From the IMG/VR virus record IMGVR_UViG_3300011008_000999: DNA of 64,000 nucleotides, one strand, 5' to 3'. Source of the stretch: a virus (taxonomy: Duplodnaviria > Caudoviricetes). The position numbers were made by a program, and so were the translations under genes. How positions within the stretch are numbered: position 1 is the first letter of the stretch; each line of letters starts with the position of its first letter. The notes under the pieces were generated by a model. The model was given only the letters and a program-made list of their open reading frames with translations, ran no database searches and had not been told where the DNA came from. Shown in pieces: positions 1 through 13,067 of this stretch.

Positions 1-245
1 AACTTCATTCTACGTTTTCTAGTTAGATTAGTAGAGTCATATACTACATTTTCTCCAGCCATCATGTCTAATAATATTCTTTCATGCAGAATATCAAATA
101 CTCGTTGAGTATCATCTAGACTATGTAAATTAAGTTCATTTCTAATAGCATCAGACGAATGAATTATAAAACCTTGCTTTCTATACTCTTCTGCTTTTGT
201 GCTTTTACCAGAACCTGGCAAACCAACTAACATAATTAACATCAT
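1..245 (-). CDS. P-loop kinase (polynucleotide kinase/AAA_33-like), 5' part only; runs off window start
   Basis: Manual translation MMLIMLVGLPGSGKSTKAEEYRKQGFIIHSSDAIRNEL with Walker A GLPGSGKS. Confidence 0.75.
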   Translation of the reverse strand, partial: MMLIMLVGLPGSGKSTKAEEYRKQGFIIHSSDAIRNELNLHSLDDTQRVFDILHERILLDMMAGENVVYDSTNLTRKRRMK

Positions 246-1808
246 AAGTTAAGTACTTCCTTTATATCTTCTATTACGTCTCTAACTATTGCTGGAAGTT
301 CCATATAAATATTACTTCTAGCATTTTCGTTCTGTATATAAGCTTTAACAGTTACTCTAAGATTTTCACTTATTATCTTTGAAAAAGCTTCGAAATCAAA
401 TTGTCCATTTACTCGTAAGTTCTGAGATAATAAATAAGCGTCTCCAACTTTCATAACGAGATCATCACAAATAATCTCATCACACATTGCTTTATATACA
501 ATTTCATCATATTGATCACCAATATGAGACATAATAGTATGTTGAATACGTCCTCTAAGTAATATCATTTGATTCTGTGTATACATACTATTCACCTCTT
601 TTTAGATATAACTATTACATCTGATCTTTTAAAGCTTTAGCATCTTCTTCACTTAAATAACAAAAATCATCATCGATATATGCCATTTCTTCACCTGGTT
701 TATATATCAAAGAAGTCATTTCTGATCCGAATGGATATAATGCTGTATCAGGTGGAAGTTGACTTAATGCTTTTGCTAACTGGCCAACTGTACTTATATT
801 TTTAGCTAATAATTTAATATCGCTCATACTACTTATCCTCCTAAGCTAATCCATACTGTTCAAGATCATCATTAGTTATATCATCCATAGATAGCTTATA
901 CTCGTTTATCAGCTCTTCATAATGCTCCATTATATAGAGTATAATTTCTTTAGTAAGACCATTTCTAGAGTATTCACATACTACACTAGTATTAAACATG
1001 TTAGTTATTCCTGAATACTGAACTACTAAATAATCTTTAAACTGTTCTTTTGTAGGTTTATCTGAAGCATTATTGAAATCATCAGGATCAAATACTAATT
1101 TATAACCTTCATTGAGTGCTTCTATAATATGTTCCTCAATATATTTTCTAACTTGAAATTCTTCATTCGCTTCATGTACAGATAAGCCTCTATTTCGTCT
1201 ATTTTTATGAAATAACTCTTTATATCGATCAATTGCTTCTAACATATTCATAATTTTTACCTCAATGATTCTTTTCCCAACCTACATATACTATCCAATC
1301 ATTAGTAATATTAAGTACTACTAAATCTTTGACATCAAGATTTTTAAGTCGTATTTCAGGTACTCCACCTTGTACACTTATTAGGTCTAATTCATCATGT
1401 AGATCACAATAATCCTTGATTTTATCTACAAGATCGACAAATCTGATTGGTAAGTTCTGTACATTGAATCTATCTCTTAGAATTGTATAAGTGTCCTGAA
1501 TATCTTTTATTCTGACTTCTATTGGAAAGTCAATTACTTTCATTAAATCATGCACTCTCATGTTACCATTCATAATAATTACCTTCCTCAAAAGCTAAAA
1601 CTACTGAAACATTAGTAGTATATCTTGACCAAAAGAAGTCCATCTTATCTTCAAATTCTTCTTTATACTCAGTTTCAAACAGTTTTTTACCTTCTCTTTT
1701 AACAAATTCTAAACTAATATGTTGTTTGCTAGTACTATTTTCATCTAAGTACTCTTCCAAAATTCTTTTATCAATTAACCAAACTTGATACTTCATACTG
1801 CTACCTCC

Positions 1809-2258
1809 TTATGAAAGTCTTAATGAGAGGTACTTATATCCTTTTCCAAATTCTTTTTCTACTGCTTCTGGACATACTTCGAAGTCCTCCATAGTAGTAA
1901 GCTTAGTAGTATCGTTAAATAAAACCTGAATAAGACCGTCTTTATTATTACAGTAATAATTACCTTTTTCTTTGTATAGTTCAAAGAGTTTTACTACATT
2001 CTCATCAGAACATTTTACAGTTCGAACACCTATAGCAAGAAGATTATTAAGGAAGCCACCTATATAATCATCTTCAAACTCACGTTCAGGTCTATGCCAA
2101 CAATAAAAATCATTAAACAGAATATTTAGCATAGAATCATCGCTGTTTGGTACTAAAGTAACGGTTTTCTGTACTTGTGCAGATCCTTTAGGATCATACA
2201 CAAATACATGACATGATGAGCTATTAGTTTCAAACATTAAGTTTCTAATCTGGATCAT
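1809..2258 (-). CDS. FETNSSS-motif family protein 1
   Basis: N-terminus MIQIRNLMFETNSSSCH; start overlaps the radical SAM stop (ATGA). Confidence 0.75.
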   Translation of the reverse strand: MIQIRNLMFETNSSSCHVFVYDPKGSAQVQKTVTLVPNSDDSMLNILFNDFYCWHRPEREFEDDYIGGFLNNLLAIGVRTVKCSDENVVKLFELYKEKGNYYCNNKDGLIQVLFNDTTKLTTMEDFEVCPEAVEKEFGKGYKYLSLRLS

Positions 2259-3160
2259 ACAAAACCTCTCATCTTTCTTACAGCCTTAAACATATCATCA
2301 AAGGTATCTAATTTATCAAACATCTCTGTTTCCATAGACGAAATAGCAAATTTATTATGTACAGCGTCAAAAAAGTAGGTAAATTCACCTTCTTCGCCCA
2401 TGTGGTTAGTTTCCCACTGTTCAGGACTAACTATTTTCTGAACTTCAAGATCAAGTGTAGATAAGTTATCAAAACCAAATCCATTAAACTTATCTCTGTA
2501 ATCATAGAGGTGATTCTTAAGATATTCAATATTAGAATCAACTTCCTCTTTATGATCATTATAGTAATCTACACCACGACCTTTATGTTTGAATCCAAGA
2601 ATTAACATCTTCACATTGTGATTAGATAAGTTCTCGAGATCTACTTTAGAAAGGCATCCGTCTATTACATGAAGAACTGTATTTTCTAATCCATTATTCC
2701 AAAGAATAGGATCAGTAGAATCGGTAAGAGAAATACCAATTCCCCATACTAATTTTCTGCTCTGATAATCTCTAAGTTTGTCTACATTTACCTTAAGATG
2801 CTTTTGATTGATTGTAATATTAACAATTACTCCTTTATCCTTCATCTTAATAAGAAAGTCTTCAAGACCAGGATGAGTTATATCATTTGCATTAATTGCC
2901 ATTTCTGTTCCAGCATGAACAGTATCAAAAATAGGATTAGTAAGATCTGCATGCTTACCTTGTTCTGTACAACCTAAATAGCAATAAGGACAACCGCCGT
3001 TACATTTTTCTGTAATAGTAACATCCATACTTTCGGCAAATGCTGGAGTAAGATTATCGAGATCATTCATTCTAATCTTAGTTCCATCATCAAATAAACG
3101 TACAGTGTAATTTCCATTCTGATATTTTGCTAATAATTTCATTGTATACTTTCCTTTCAA
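2255..3160 (-). CDS. Radical SAM protein
   Basis: CxxxCxxC motif CNGGCPYC. Confidence 0.85.
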   Translation of the reverse strand: MKGKYTMKLLAKYQNGNYTVRLFDDGTKIRMNDLDNLTPAFAESMDVTITEKCNGGCPYCYLGCTEQGKHADLTNPIFDTVHAGTEMAINANDITHPGLEDFLIKMKDKGVIVNITINQKHLKVNVDKLRDYQSRKLVWGIGISLTDSTDPILWNNGLENTVLHVIDGCLSKVDLENLSNHNVKMLILGFKHKGRGVDYYNDHKEEVDSNIEYLKNHLYDYRDKFNGFGFDNLSTLDLEVQKIVSPEQWETNHMGEEGEFTYFFDAVHNKFAISSMETEMFDKLDTFDDMFKAVRKMRGFV

Positions 3161-3441
3161 AGTTTATATAAGTTTGATACATATAAATTACTCTAACATA
3201 ATCATAAGACTTCCATCTTCAGCAAGTTTCTGAGCAACTACTTCACACTCATATAACTCAGAAAAGCTACTTCTAGGTACATTATAGTATTCTCCGATAT
3301 TCGATTTACCAATTCTAGAAAGTACCTGCTGAATTTCTAACTGTCTAGACTGAGGTATGCTAGCACTCCAAGTAAAGAATACATTGTTGCTTTCAATTGT
3401 AGTAAACTGTAAATATTTTGAAAATTTCATAGTACGCCTCC

Positions 3442-3822
3442 TTAATCTCTACCACTGAAACTGAATGCTGTAATATCACCTTCAGTTACATCAGCATATT
3501 CATCCATTTCCTCTATAGTCTGATCAAAAGTAAAGTAATCACGGTTATTTGCATATTGTTTCAAACGATTAAGATCTAATGGTACATCATCGTCAATCAG
3601 TCCTTCTGTAGTCATTTCATCAATAAAATCTTTTCCAGTCTTAAATTTCTGCTCGCTTGAATGTTTTCCGCTATCATATCTATTCCAAAATACTACATCT
3701 TCTAAGTTATCAAACTCCTCTTCGCCCTTACAAAATCTATTAAACTCCGTAGATTTCATCATAACTAGAACATGTACGCTAGAACTATTGGTTTCAAACA
3801 TACTAGATCTAACTTGAATCAT
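3442..3822 (-). CDS. FETNSSS-motif family protein 2
   Basis: MIQVRSSMFETNSSSVH. Confidence 0.75.
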   Translation of the reverse strand: MIQVRSSMFETNSSSVHVLVMMKSTEFNRFCKGEEEFDNLEDVVFWNRYDSGKHSSEQKFKTGKDFIDEMTTEGLIDDDVPLDLNRLKQYANNRDYFTFDQTIEEMDEYADVTEGDITAFSFSGRD

Positions 3823-3836
3823 ATTTGTACCTCTCT

Positions 3837-4541
3837 TTATCTTTTTCTATTTTTCTTTTTATTATGACGGTTTTTCTTAGTAAGATAGAAATCATCATCT
3901 TCCCATGCAGCATCTTCAGCTCTTAAATCATCAAGAGTTTGAGGTTCATCATCATAACCATAATCTGATTCTATATCTTCATCATATTCTTTTTTATGCG
4001 CTAGATATTCACGTTCTGCTTCAATTTCCTCATCAGTAATAACCATCTTAGCGTAGCTTGTAGAATCCCAATCTATCTCATTACCGTCTTCATCTGTGCA
4101 AATGATAATATATTTAGGATCTTTAATCATAGTTTGAACAGTCTTAATCTGTTCTTTTGTGAGATACGGTGAATAATCCCACTCACCACCATGACCCATC
4201 CACTCGCTAAAACATTTAAAGTCACCAAAGCATTTAGCAAGTATAACCTCAGGTCTAAGTATCTTAACAAATCTATCTTCTGGATCAGCATCAACTGGTT
4301 TTCCATCTACATAGATTTCTTTTACACCAGAATATTTAAGTAATCCAAAGAACTGATCAGTTTGATGTTGCCACTCTGCCCAAGCATATACACCATTTAT
4401 GTTGTTATCTCCAGAAAAACCACCTGATTCAATATGTACTACTGGAGGTATTTCAAGTTCTTCAACCTGACAAATGTCAACTGCAAATGTCATAGTAGAA
4501 GAACTATTTGTTTCAAATATACTTGTTCTAATTTGAATCAT
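3837..4541 (-). CDS. FETNSSS-motif family protein 3, acidic then basic tail
   Basis: MIQIRTSIFETNSSSTM. Confidence 0.75.
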   Translation of the reverse strand: MIQIRTSIFETNSSSTMTFAVDICQVEELEIPPVVHIESGGFSGDNNINGVYAWAEWQHQTDQFFGLLKYSGVKEIYVDGKPVDADPEDRFVKILRPEVILAKCFGDFKCFSEWMGHGGEWDYSPYLTKEQIKTVQTMIKDPKYIIICTDEDGNEIDWDSTSYAKMVITDEEIEAEREYLAHKKEYDEDIESDYGYDDEPQTLDDLRAEDAAWEDDDFYLTKKNRHNKKKNRKR

Positions 4542-4559
4542 AGATATTCTCCTTATTAT

Positions 4560-4593
4560 ATTATAACACGATTAGTTCATAAAGTAAATAGTT
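4560..4593 (-). promoter_or_regulatory. sigmaA-type promoter, class 1 (AACTA-TTTACW-N17-TATAAT, TG extended -10)
   Basis: AACTATTTACTTTATGAACTAATCGTGTTATAAT; the motif recurs about 10 times upstream of genes. Confidence 0.75.
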
Positions 4594-4811
4594 AATGAGT
4601 ATCTACTGAAATAAATAAGTCAGTATCATTTAACTCCCAGCTAAATACTATAGCATCAGTTAAATTTAACTCTATTATCTTATCTACAAGATCTGAATAA
4701 GTTCCTTCATATAAAACGGTTTTCTCATCCCAACCATCTACAATAGTAACTTTTCCAATTTTGTTTTTAGTAGTAGCTAAAAACATTTTAAGTATCATGA
4801 TAATAATCTCC

Positions 4812-5879
4812 TTAAATAGCTTCTCCTATAGAATTAGTAATATCTATTTTCATCTGCTGACCAATTTCTAATGCACGACTCATAATAGCAATTAACTTAC
4901 TAGGCTGTTCAAAATCACATACATCAGACGTATCTCTAACTATAAATAGTCTAAGTAAGTTATCTTCAAACTCATTAATCATATCCGCAGATCTAAATTG
5001 TTTATACTGTAGTAATAGTGCAGCTATAGTATCAGGTTCCATATCTTTTAACTCAGCTGCAGTTATATTTTTGTTCTTTTCATCTGTATCTGTACTAACT
5101 CCAATTAATACTAAAGCTGACATAAGATGTTTAAACATATTTGTGCATCTTCTACAATATGATGTAAATTGTTCAGTTGTAAATTGAGTAGCATCAGCTC
5201 TACTTAAATTAAGGTTATCATATAACATTAATAAACTGGTTAAACAACCACTACCTTTTTCAAAGAAGAAATTTATATCTTTCGCATAGTTTACTTCTAT
5301 ATGATTATCAGCTGCAAGTACGTTAATACCTTTAATCATTATTTCACAATAATCTATTAGGCTTTTAAGATGATATATTCTAAGTCCTCTTTCTGTAATT
5401 TTTACATCTTCCCAATGTTCAACTTCTGTGGCTCCAGGTACTTTTTGTGTTAAAGCAAACTTTTTTAACCATAAATCTAATTCAGGTGTAAGAGTTCTAA
5501 TATTTTTAGTCAAATTTCGAAATGAGTCTAACTTTCTACTAGTCTCAGAGTCTTCAGTTCCAGGAATTATGAATTGTTTTCCTGCATTAGCTTTATTTGC
5601 TCTAAATTCTTCAGCATATTTAACAATAACATTTTCAAATGCATCTACAGCGCTCATTGCTACAGCCGTACCAGTAAATAAAATAGTTTGCTTAACTTCT
5701 ACTGCTTCTGAATCAACTTTATCATAATCACCTAAAGCTTCTATAGCTTGATTATAATACTGCTGAGCATCTCTAAAATCAGCCACTTTACTATCATCTG
5801 CACCCCATACCTGATATTTAGTTAAATATTTACGTAATAAATCTGCATGCACTTTACCAGGTTCAATTGTAGTTGCCAT
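4812..5879 (-). CDS. Hypothetical protein (355 aa)
   Basis: Long ORF with AGGAGG RBS; no recognised motif. Confidence 0.7.
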   Translation of the reverse strand: MATTIEPGKVHADLLRKYLTKYQVWGADDSKVADFRDAQQYYNQAIEALGDYDKVDSEAVEVKQTILFTGTAVAMSAVDAFENVIVKYAEEFRANKANAGKQFIIPGTEDSETSRKLDSFRNLTKNIRTLTPELDLWLKKFALTQKVPGATEVEHWEDVKITERGLRIYHLKSLIDYCEIMIKGINVLAADNHIEVNYAKDINFFFEKGSGCLTSLLMLYDNLNLSRADATQFTTEQFTSYCRRCTNMFKHLMSALVLIGVSTDTDEKNKNITAAELKDMEPDTIAALLLQYKQFRSADMINEFEDNLLRLFIVRDTSDVCDFEQPSKLIAIMSRALEIGQQMKIDITNSIGEAI

Positions 5880-5990
5880 AATAAAGATCCTCCTTTATAA
5901 TAAAAACTAAATAGCTTACCTGTTTCCAGATAAGCTATTTTTCACATTCATACTATTAATATTAAATAGTCCTTAATCAATATATTTAGT

Positions 5991-6596
5991 TTAAAGATTA
6001 TAGCCTGTATAATTTACTACTTTTCCATCTTCTATATCAAATATTCCAAGTTCATATACATTGTAACAATCTGTATTACCAATCTTATAGTTTCTATTTT
6101 TATGATGATGTCCATAGAATAGAATTTTAGGCTGTACTCTATTGATGTAATCAGTAATTCCTTTTAATCCACAATGTGCTACATCATGAATATCACCACA
6201 GTATCCCAGAGGTCCATCGTGACATACTAATATATCACATATAGGTATCTTAATACATTCTTCTATGGATTCATCTTGAGTAAATCCGTATACCTGTGAT
6301 GGTTTATATTTAGAAGAACCTTCGAATCCAGCTACAACTAAACCATTACTAAGCATAACACTAGATTGATGCAACATATAAATGTCCATTCCACTATAAG
6401 TATCTTCTACATCATGATTTCCATGTATAGCTATAATAGGTACTTTTACAAAATCATATAATAGTTGTACCTCTAATCTATACATATCACCTAAGATACA
6501 CACTAAATTTGCTTCAGCAATCTTATCCTTATGCTGTTCAAATAAAGGTCTAAATGCACCATGTGTATCTGCAATAACAGCTAATTTCATTAACAA
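5991..6596 (-). CDS. Calcineurin-like metallophosphoesterase
   Basis: DTH, GD, GNHD and GHHH motifs. Confidence 0.85.
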   Translation of the reverse strand: MLMKLAVIADTHGAFRPLFEQHKDKIAEANLVCILGDMYRLEVQLLYDFVKVPIIAIHGNHDVEDTYSGMDIYMLHQSSVMLSNGLVVAGFEGSSKYKPSQVYGFTQDESIEECIKIPICDILVCHDGPLGYCGDIHDVAHCGLKGITDYINRVQPKILFYGHHHKNRNYKIGNTDCYNVYELGIFDIEDGKVVNYTGYNL

Positions 6597-6817
6597 CCTT
6601 TCTGATCAATCTTATCAAATATATCAGTAAATGCTCTCATTTTAGTTCTAGCATTTGTAATAAGTTTTTGATAAGAAAATTCATCTATTTCCATGACTTT
6701 TAAGATCTCTAAAATATTAAGATCTTCGTAATAAGTCAATAGCAAGGCAAGTTTCTCTTGTTCTGTAAGATACTGCATGCCTTGCTCTAGTTTTATAGTG
6801 AGTTCTTGTTTATTCAC
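6590..6817 (-). CDS. Stand-alone sigma70 region-4 HTH protein (SigD/FliA-like C-terminus)
   Basis: LTEQEKLALLLTYYEDLNILEILKVMEI resembles region 4 of FliA/SigD. Confidence 0.5.
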   Translation of the reverse strand: MNKQELTIKLEQGMQYLTEQEKLALLLTYYEDLNILEILKVMEIDEFSYQKLITNARTKMRAFTDIFDKIDQKGC

Positions 6818-8554
6818 TACTAGTTACCTCATATTGATTTCTGGAAATCTTGCATTCTGACCAAAATAACCTACAATATCTGTATTCCAATATCTAATGA
6901 ATGCTTCAATTTCGGTTGTTCTAAAGAATAATCTTTCACCTTCCTGATCAGCAACTCTAATAGAATAATGATCATCCCAAATATCTAATATAATATATGG
7001 TTCAGTCATAAACTGATAAGTAGTTCCAGAATCTTCTTGTGTGCAAATTACTAATTTGCTATCATTATAAAGCTCCATCATTTCAGTTTCAGACATTTCA
7101 GAAAGTTCTGCATATTCTTTAACCAGACCTAAAATAGATTCTTTTACATCATATTCAAAGAATCTTTCAAGTTCTCTATTTCTAGGATTCATATCACATT
7201 CTCCTTATCGTACGCAGTATTTCCAGCCATAGGGGAAATTATAATCAACTCCACGACAAATGTCTTGAATTTTGATCTTTATAATATCACTTGCTCCACC
7301 ATAACCAGAGATACTAAGTTCTTTTTCCATTTCTCTACACTTCTGAGCAAATTTGACATATTTTGAATAGAATCTACCTTTATCGTCATCATACTTCATA
7401 TCCATAGAATCCATAGTATTCTGATTAGGAAACTTATTATAGTCTTCCATACATACGTCATACGCTGCTTTAAGAGTTCTATACCACTCATCAATATCCT
7501 CAAATTTCTCAGTGCTAGTAAATTTAAGAACTTCACTAGGTATCTCAGGATCGATGAAATTAGTCATTTCATACATAATAACTACCTCCTTAACCTGCAC
7601 CAACAATTGCTTCTATATAGATTGTATCTTCTATGAGTCTATAATCTACATCAAGAGCCTTTACTGCAATTCCATCAATAATTGCTTCTGAACAAGTTTC
7701 ATGATATGTATTTTCATATATCTTAAGATCCCATTCTTTATATACAATTCTCACAAAATCTGCATGAAACTCTTCTCTAAATTCTCCATTGGGACCGTTC
7801 CATTCTACTCTGCGACCATGAGAGTCCCACCAATAACTGAGTACTACATTTACGTCATGTGTTGTAAAGACAGTTTCTTCTACTTCATTTAGTTTTTCAG
7901 TCTTGAGTTCAATAGTTTCCATATTAGGACTCCTTTTCTGTCTCCTTAATAACCTGTCTTACATATACATTCAATTCGTCATAGTAATCTCCAGCTTCAT
8001 CATCAAGATCGCCTACATCTCCGCAGTAGTTCTCATCAAAAGGAACAAAACCTGACATAATATTCATTGTTATCGCCTGTGCAGAACAATCAAGAATTTG
8101 ATCTTTTGTCAGATATTTGCTCATATAGTCTCTAACTAGCTTTTCTGATGAAGTCATAGTTATACCTCCTAAATTTTTAGTATAAATGAATCACGCTTAA
8201 GTCCATCTCTATCTTCTACTTTTACTTTAATCTGTACTGACTCTACTTCAGTATCAGAATCAATTTCTCTTTTATATTGATTGATCCAGTACTTTGCCCA
8301 TCTAGTAAGTTCATCTTTCATACCAGATAGATCTGAACGCCATATTTCCTGACATAACCAATCTATCACAATATAATCATCTTGTACATGTGCCTCACAA
8401 CTTTTATTACGAAGAGGCTCTTCTGAATTATGATTAAAACTAAAAATATTGATTTTTTCTTCATTAAAACCAGGAACTGGTGCAGCAGAATGTTGTTTCC
8501 AACAAATTCCAAAGTGTTCTAACAGATATTCTAAAAGTGTCATTTAAGATCTCC

Positions 8555-9076
8555 TTATAATACAAATTTAATGATACAGCCTATAGAAATACTTAAGAAT
8601 ACACATACCCAAGTAAATACTATGCTTCCAATCTCACCACTCTTAAAATTAGCAAGATGTACTTTCTTAAATATAAAGAATGGAATACCCTTTGGATTAA
8701 ATAAGTCTAAGAATAAATGACTTAAACAACCAATAATAAATCCTATCATTGGTGGAAAGAAAAAGTAAGACAATACTAAGCCAATCAAATAGATCAAAGG
8801 ATCATGAAGAATACCTCTATGATTAGCTCCTGTCTTACCTAACTTCTCATTTATAAAACCAATAATAGTAGATATTGGTGCTGAAAGTCTACCCATATAA
8901 CTAGATGGATTATCTATATCTGGAAAAATACCACCAATGAGACCGCCAAGTATAAATAGCGTAGCGGTCTCTGGTGTATTAGTTACATGAGGAAGTATAG
9001 TTGTTACTCTATCTAAATTCATTGTAAGTGCTGTACCTACAGCTGCACCATATACAAAATGACAATTTCCGTTCAT
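8555..9076 (-). CDS. Membrane metal-dependent hydrolase (YdjM-like)
   Basis: N-terminal H, PDID, HRGILH and SHLFLD motifs with hydrophobic segments. Confidence 0.8.
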   Translation of the reverse strand: MNGNCHFVYGAAVGTALTMNLDRVTTILPHVTNTPETATLFILGGLIGGIFPDIDNPSSYMGRLSAPISTIIGFINEKLGKTGANHRGILHDPLIYLIGLVLSYFFFPPMIGFIIGCLSHLFLDLFNPKGIPFFIFKKVHLANFKSGEIGSIVFTWVCVFLSISIGCIIKFVL

Positions 9077-9100
9077 AAATTAAATACCTCTTTTTGTTTT

Positions 9101-9134
9101 ATTATAACAAGAAACCGTCAACTTGTAAATAGTT
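9101..9134 (-). promoter_or_regulatory. Class 1 promoter
   Basis: AACTA TTTACA-17 bp-TATAAT. Confidence 0.75.
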
Positions 9135-10819
9135 TCTTATTTATAAATTCTAATCTTTTGTAAGCAATCTACAGGAAACTCAAAATTATCTTCCTTTCGA
9201 ATATTGATCTCTCTGCAAAGATCATACAAAGTCTCATACTTATCTGCATTACTATCAAGATTGGCGATCATAAGATTAAATGTATTAGGACAGTGCTCTT
9301 CTAAGAACTTAGTTACAGACTCAAAGTTCTCTTTAGAATCACTTAATCCATACATAAGAATTTCATGTGTTTCATGTAAATCACCAGAAATAAATCCTGC
9401 GCATTCCATGTCATTTTCTGAAGTACCTCTATTATACTTTTCATAGTCTTTAGAGGCTTTATCAAAGAATGTTAAATGCTCTTCTAATTCTGCGTACTGC
9501 ATACTGATACCTCCTAATATTCCCATTCACTATCAATAATGAAATTCTGTACACGTTTAGCAAAAGCTAACGCAGATTTAAGAACTTCAATATATTCTTC
9601 AGTATCAGCAAAAGAGTCTGAACACATTCTCATACCATGCGATACTTCAGTTCTCTCAGGATCATATTTATATTTAACAGGTGTACCATCAAAAGATGGA
9701 TTACCAGCTCTGTAGAGTCTAACTTCTACTACATGCTTTTCAGCTGCATCAGAGCTTTTAACTTTAAGACCTTCCCAAGGAGTATCATTTACTCCAATAC
9801 CAGATTCTTTTACTAAAGTAAAATCACCTTCTGAAAAAATTACTTCTAACATATTTATACCTCCTATTCTACAAGCTTGTATACATAAGATTGTTCTAGT
9901 AAATCACCTATAGAGTAACCTCTTGAAAAATACGAATGTTTTTCTAAGAACTTACGATAAGCTTTTACAGTGTAAGCTTTTTTAGTTCTATATACAATCT
10001 CATATACTGAATAAATCTTTTTTCTTTTACCAATATCATGTATATTTATTGAATCGAATTCTGGTCCAATAAAATCAAAGTCAGCTATTTCTTCACAGCC
10101 AGTTGAAAATTGATTTTTGAATATTTGTTCTAATGCTTGATTATCTTCAAATGTTTCTTCAAGTAAATTATCAAAACAGTCATATTCATCTTCAGCATCA
10201 TATATCTCTGTGATTATATTTGTACCATTTTTAGACTTATATTCTACTATGGTATTATCTTCAACAAATTCTCTAAATTCAAAGATATACTTATGCTCAT
10301 TATATTCTTTAGCATTATAATCATCTATCTGTGAATTTAATGAATACTTAGTATTAAGCTGCACGATAAATACCTCCTTCTAAACAAAATGACCTGCTTC
10401 TTTCGAAACAAGTCATTTTTCACATTCTTACTTATCTAAAACTAATTTCATTCCTTTGCCCCAAGTCATAGTTTCTACTGGTGCATAGAGATCATTGAAT
10501 TTCTGACTTTTCTTAGGCTTGATATTGATCAGAGTAACTTTATTACCGTCCAAACTAATATCTCCTACTAATTGAAGTTCAGCTAATTCAGCTTCGACTT
10601 CCTCTTCTGTCATCTCTGATACATCAGCAATTTTAGGAATGTCTAATTCAAATTCATTGCTGTTAAAGTAACTTCCTAAGTAACTTAAAATCTTTTTCAT
10701 TTTGACTCCTTTGCTAGATATTTATATCTTACATTATTATAAATAAATAGCTCTTAGCCAAAATAAAAGGAGTACAGTTTTCACTATACTCCTTTGATTT
10801 TAAGTTGTAAAATTAGGAA

Positions 10820-11956
10820 TTACAGAATAGCATCAATTGCGTTCTGAACACAATCTACATACTCATTCATATCATTCTCTTCAAGTACCTCGATGAGATC
10901 TTCAAGGGTTTTCTTGAGTTCGGCCTTGGTAGCGATCTGTCTTACAGGTCTCTTACCACCGGAAGTAATATAAAGAGTGAAGGTGTAGAATGCATCTGTA
11001 GGCTCAACTTTAGAGATACCACAAAGTCTACGTCTACCATTATCCGTGCCGTCCTTATCTGCAGTATAGATAGATACATTCATTGCATCCTTTGCATTTG
11101 ATCTAGATACAACAAGCTTAGTACCTCTACCACCTCTTTCAAGGTTATCACAGAAATCTTCGATATTAGTATAGAGTGCTTCCCATTCCTTCTGGTATGC
11201 TTCAGGTGTAGAACTTGTAAGATGTGCTACAAGACCATCTACATAACCTTCGAATTCAGAGCCATCTGCATTCTGGATTGCCTTAAATACCTTAGAGTTA
11301 GATCTAACAAGAGAGATAACCTCGTCCTTAGGAACCTTAGGACATACCCAAGTATCTTCAGGAAGACCAACTTCCTCATTAATCTGCTTTCTAAGAGCGG
11401 CGTGAACATCCTTAAAGTCTGCTTTACTTACAATATTACCCGGTCTCTGAGGAAGAGTACTACGAAGATCATCGTCATTTCCATATCTCTTGGAAAGTTC
11501 TACTGCTTCCTTATACATAGCCATAAGATCAGCAACTAACATACCACTGAAATCAGGATGATATGCAGAGAAGAATCTGGTTGTAGGAATATCACCTACT
11601 GCAACAGTAGAAGCATTCTGTTCAAACTCATCAGGATGATTTGCTTTGTATTCTTTCCACTTCTTATCTGCAGCTTCGATCTGAGCTTTATACTTAACAC
11701 CCCACTCAGCATTGTGCTCATGCTCTGCCCAAGTGTCCTTGACCTCATAATCAGTCTTAGCAGTATGAGTTACATAAGTAGGATCATCAGTACCAATTAC
11801 GATTGCCTTAATATCAGCTGCTACGTCTCTTGCAACATTGTGAATGAAAAGAGGAGTAGCACTATAAGTACCATCGTCATTAGGCTTGAAATATCGCTCA
11901 TCGATATTTCCAGACAGCTGAAACTTCTTTGTTGACAACATTTCAAATAAATTCAT
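10820..11956 (-). CDS. Hypothetical protein, paralog of 27474-28226
   Basis: Shared blocks such as YFxxNxDGTYSxTPLxIxNxARD and WKEYKAxHPDEF. Confidence 0.75.
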   Translation of the reverse strand: MNLFEMLSTKKFQLSGNIDERYFKPNDDGTYSATPLFIHNVARDVAADIKAIVIGTDDPTYVTHTAKTDYEVKDTWAEHEHNAEWGVKYKAQIEAADKKWKEYKANHPDEFEQNASTVAVGDIPTTRFFSAYHPDFSGMLVADLMAMYKEAVELSKRYGNDDDLRSTLPQRPGNIVSKADFKDVHAALRKQINEEVGLPEDTWVCPKVPKDEVISLVRSNSKVFKAIQNADGSEFEGYVDGLVAHLTSSTPEAYQKEWEALYTNIEDFCDNLERGGRGTKLVVSRSNAKDAMNVSIYTADKDGTDNGRRRLCGISKVEPTDAFYTFTLYITSGGKRPVRQIATKAELKKTLEDLIEVLEENDMNEYVDCVQNAIDAIL

Positions 11957-12006
11957 GATAAATCTCCTTTCGAATTATAGGTTCATTTATTTGATTTGAT
12001 ATAATT

Positions 12007-12040
12007 ATTATATCACGATCTAACCTATTTGTAAATAGTT
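12007..12040 (-). promoter_or_regulatory. Class 1 promoter
   Basis: AACTATTTACA...TGATATAAT. Confidence 0.7.
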
Positions 12041-13067
12041 ATTTATTAACTATTTTGAAGTATTTCATAGCACCAATTAATTCTTTTTCTTCTTCGGATT
12101 TAGCCATTGTTTTTAACATATAAATTTCGTCATCAGTTAGTTGTTTTCTAGCAGAAATTTTTGCCACTATTACTGAAATTATTATATAGACTACAACTAT
12201 TATCATCATTAACATACAAGCACAAATCCAACCTCTATCAAATTCAGTCATTTTAATTTCCTTCCTAAATAACTTCTATCTATTATTGGACAGCTGTCAA
12301 CCATAATTCATTAATAGTATCAGCAGATACATTATTATACAAATAGAATCCGCATAAAATACCTAAACCAATTACAAGTACTGCAACAATACCAAATATA
12401 ACTTTCTTTTTCATTTTAACAATATTTCCTTCCACTTCCATACGGTATTGGTGATCTAGATCCTCTATAGGTAAAGGTACCATCATCATTAACGATAAAC
12501 TCTAACCAAACATTGGTTTTAGGATTACCCAAATTAAAAGAATCATCACCTGTAATTTCAATTCCTTCAAGTTGGTCAAATAAATCTTGTAGACTATCTT
12601 CATCATCAAAACTCATTTGACTAAATAGAAAATCTTTGCCTCTGACAATATTTCTACCAAGAGCGCGTATGATACTGTATTGGTCAAAGAAATTTCTTTT
12701 CTCAGAGGCATCAATCATTTCTTTATAGAATCGAATTTTCTTAAATTCATTATTCTTAATCAATTGACTCACCTTCTTTTTATATACTCATAATAAATCT
12801 TTTTAATCTCTTCCTGATCAGCTTTACTGATTTCAGTTTTGTATGTTTCTGCACTACCATCCTCAAAGCCTTCTTCTACAAAGAAATGGAATGAGTTATT
12901 ATCATCTTCCCAGACTTCAAAACCGAATAAAAGATAACCTTTGTCTCCATTATCTACAATATAGTCAGAAAACATATAACTGCCTTCTCCAGCATATTCT
13001 TTCAGATGTGCAAGATCTACATTTTGACATAAACCATATTGTGTTTGAACTACCATAACTATACTCC

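Noticed and set aside
8555-9076. MNGN|C start as a micro intein C-tag
   Set aside because: Matches the normal MxxxxH N-terminus of YdjM-like hydrolases.
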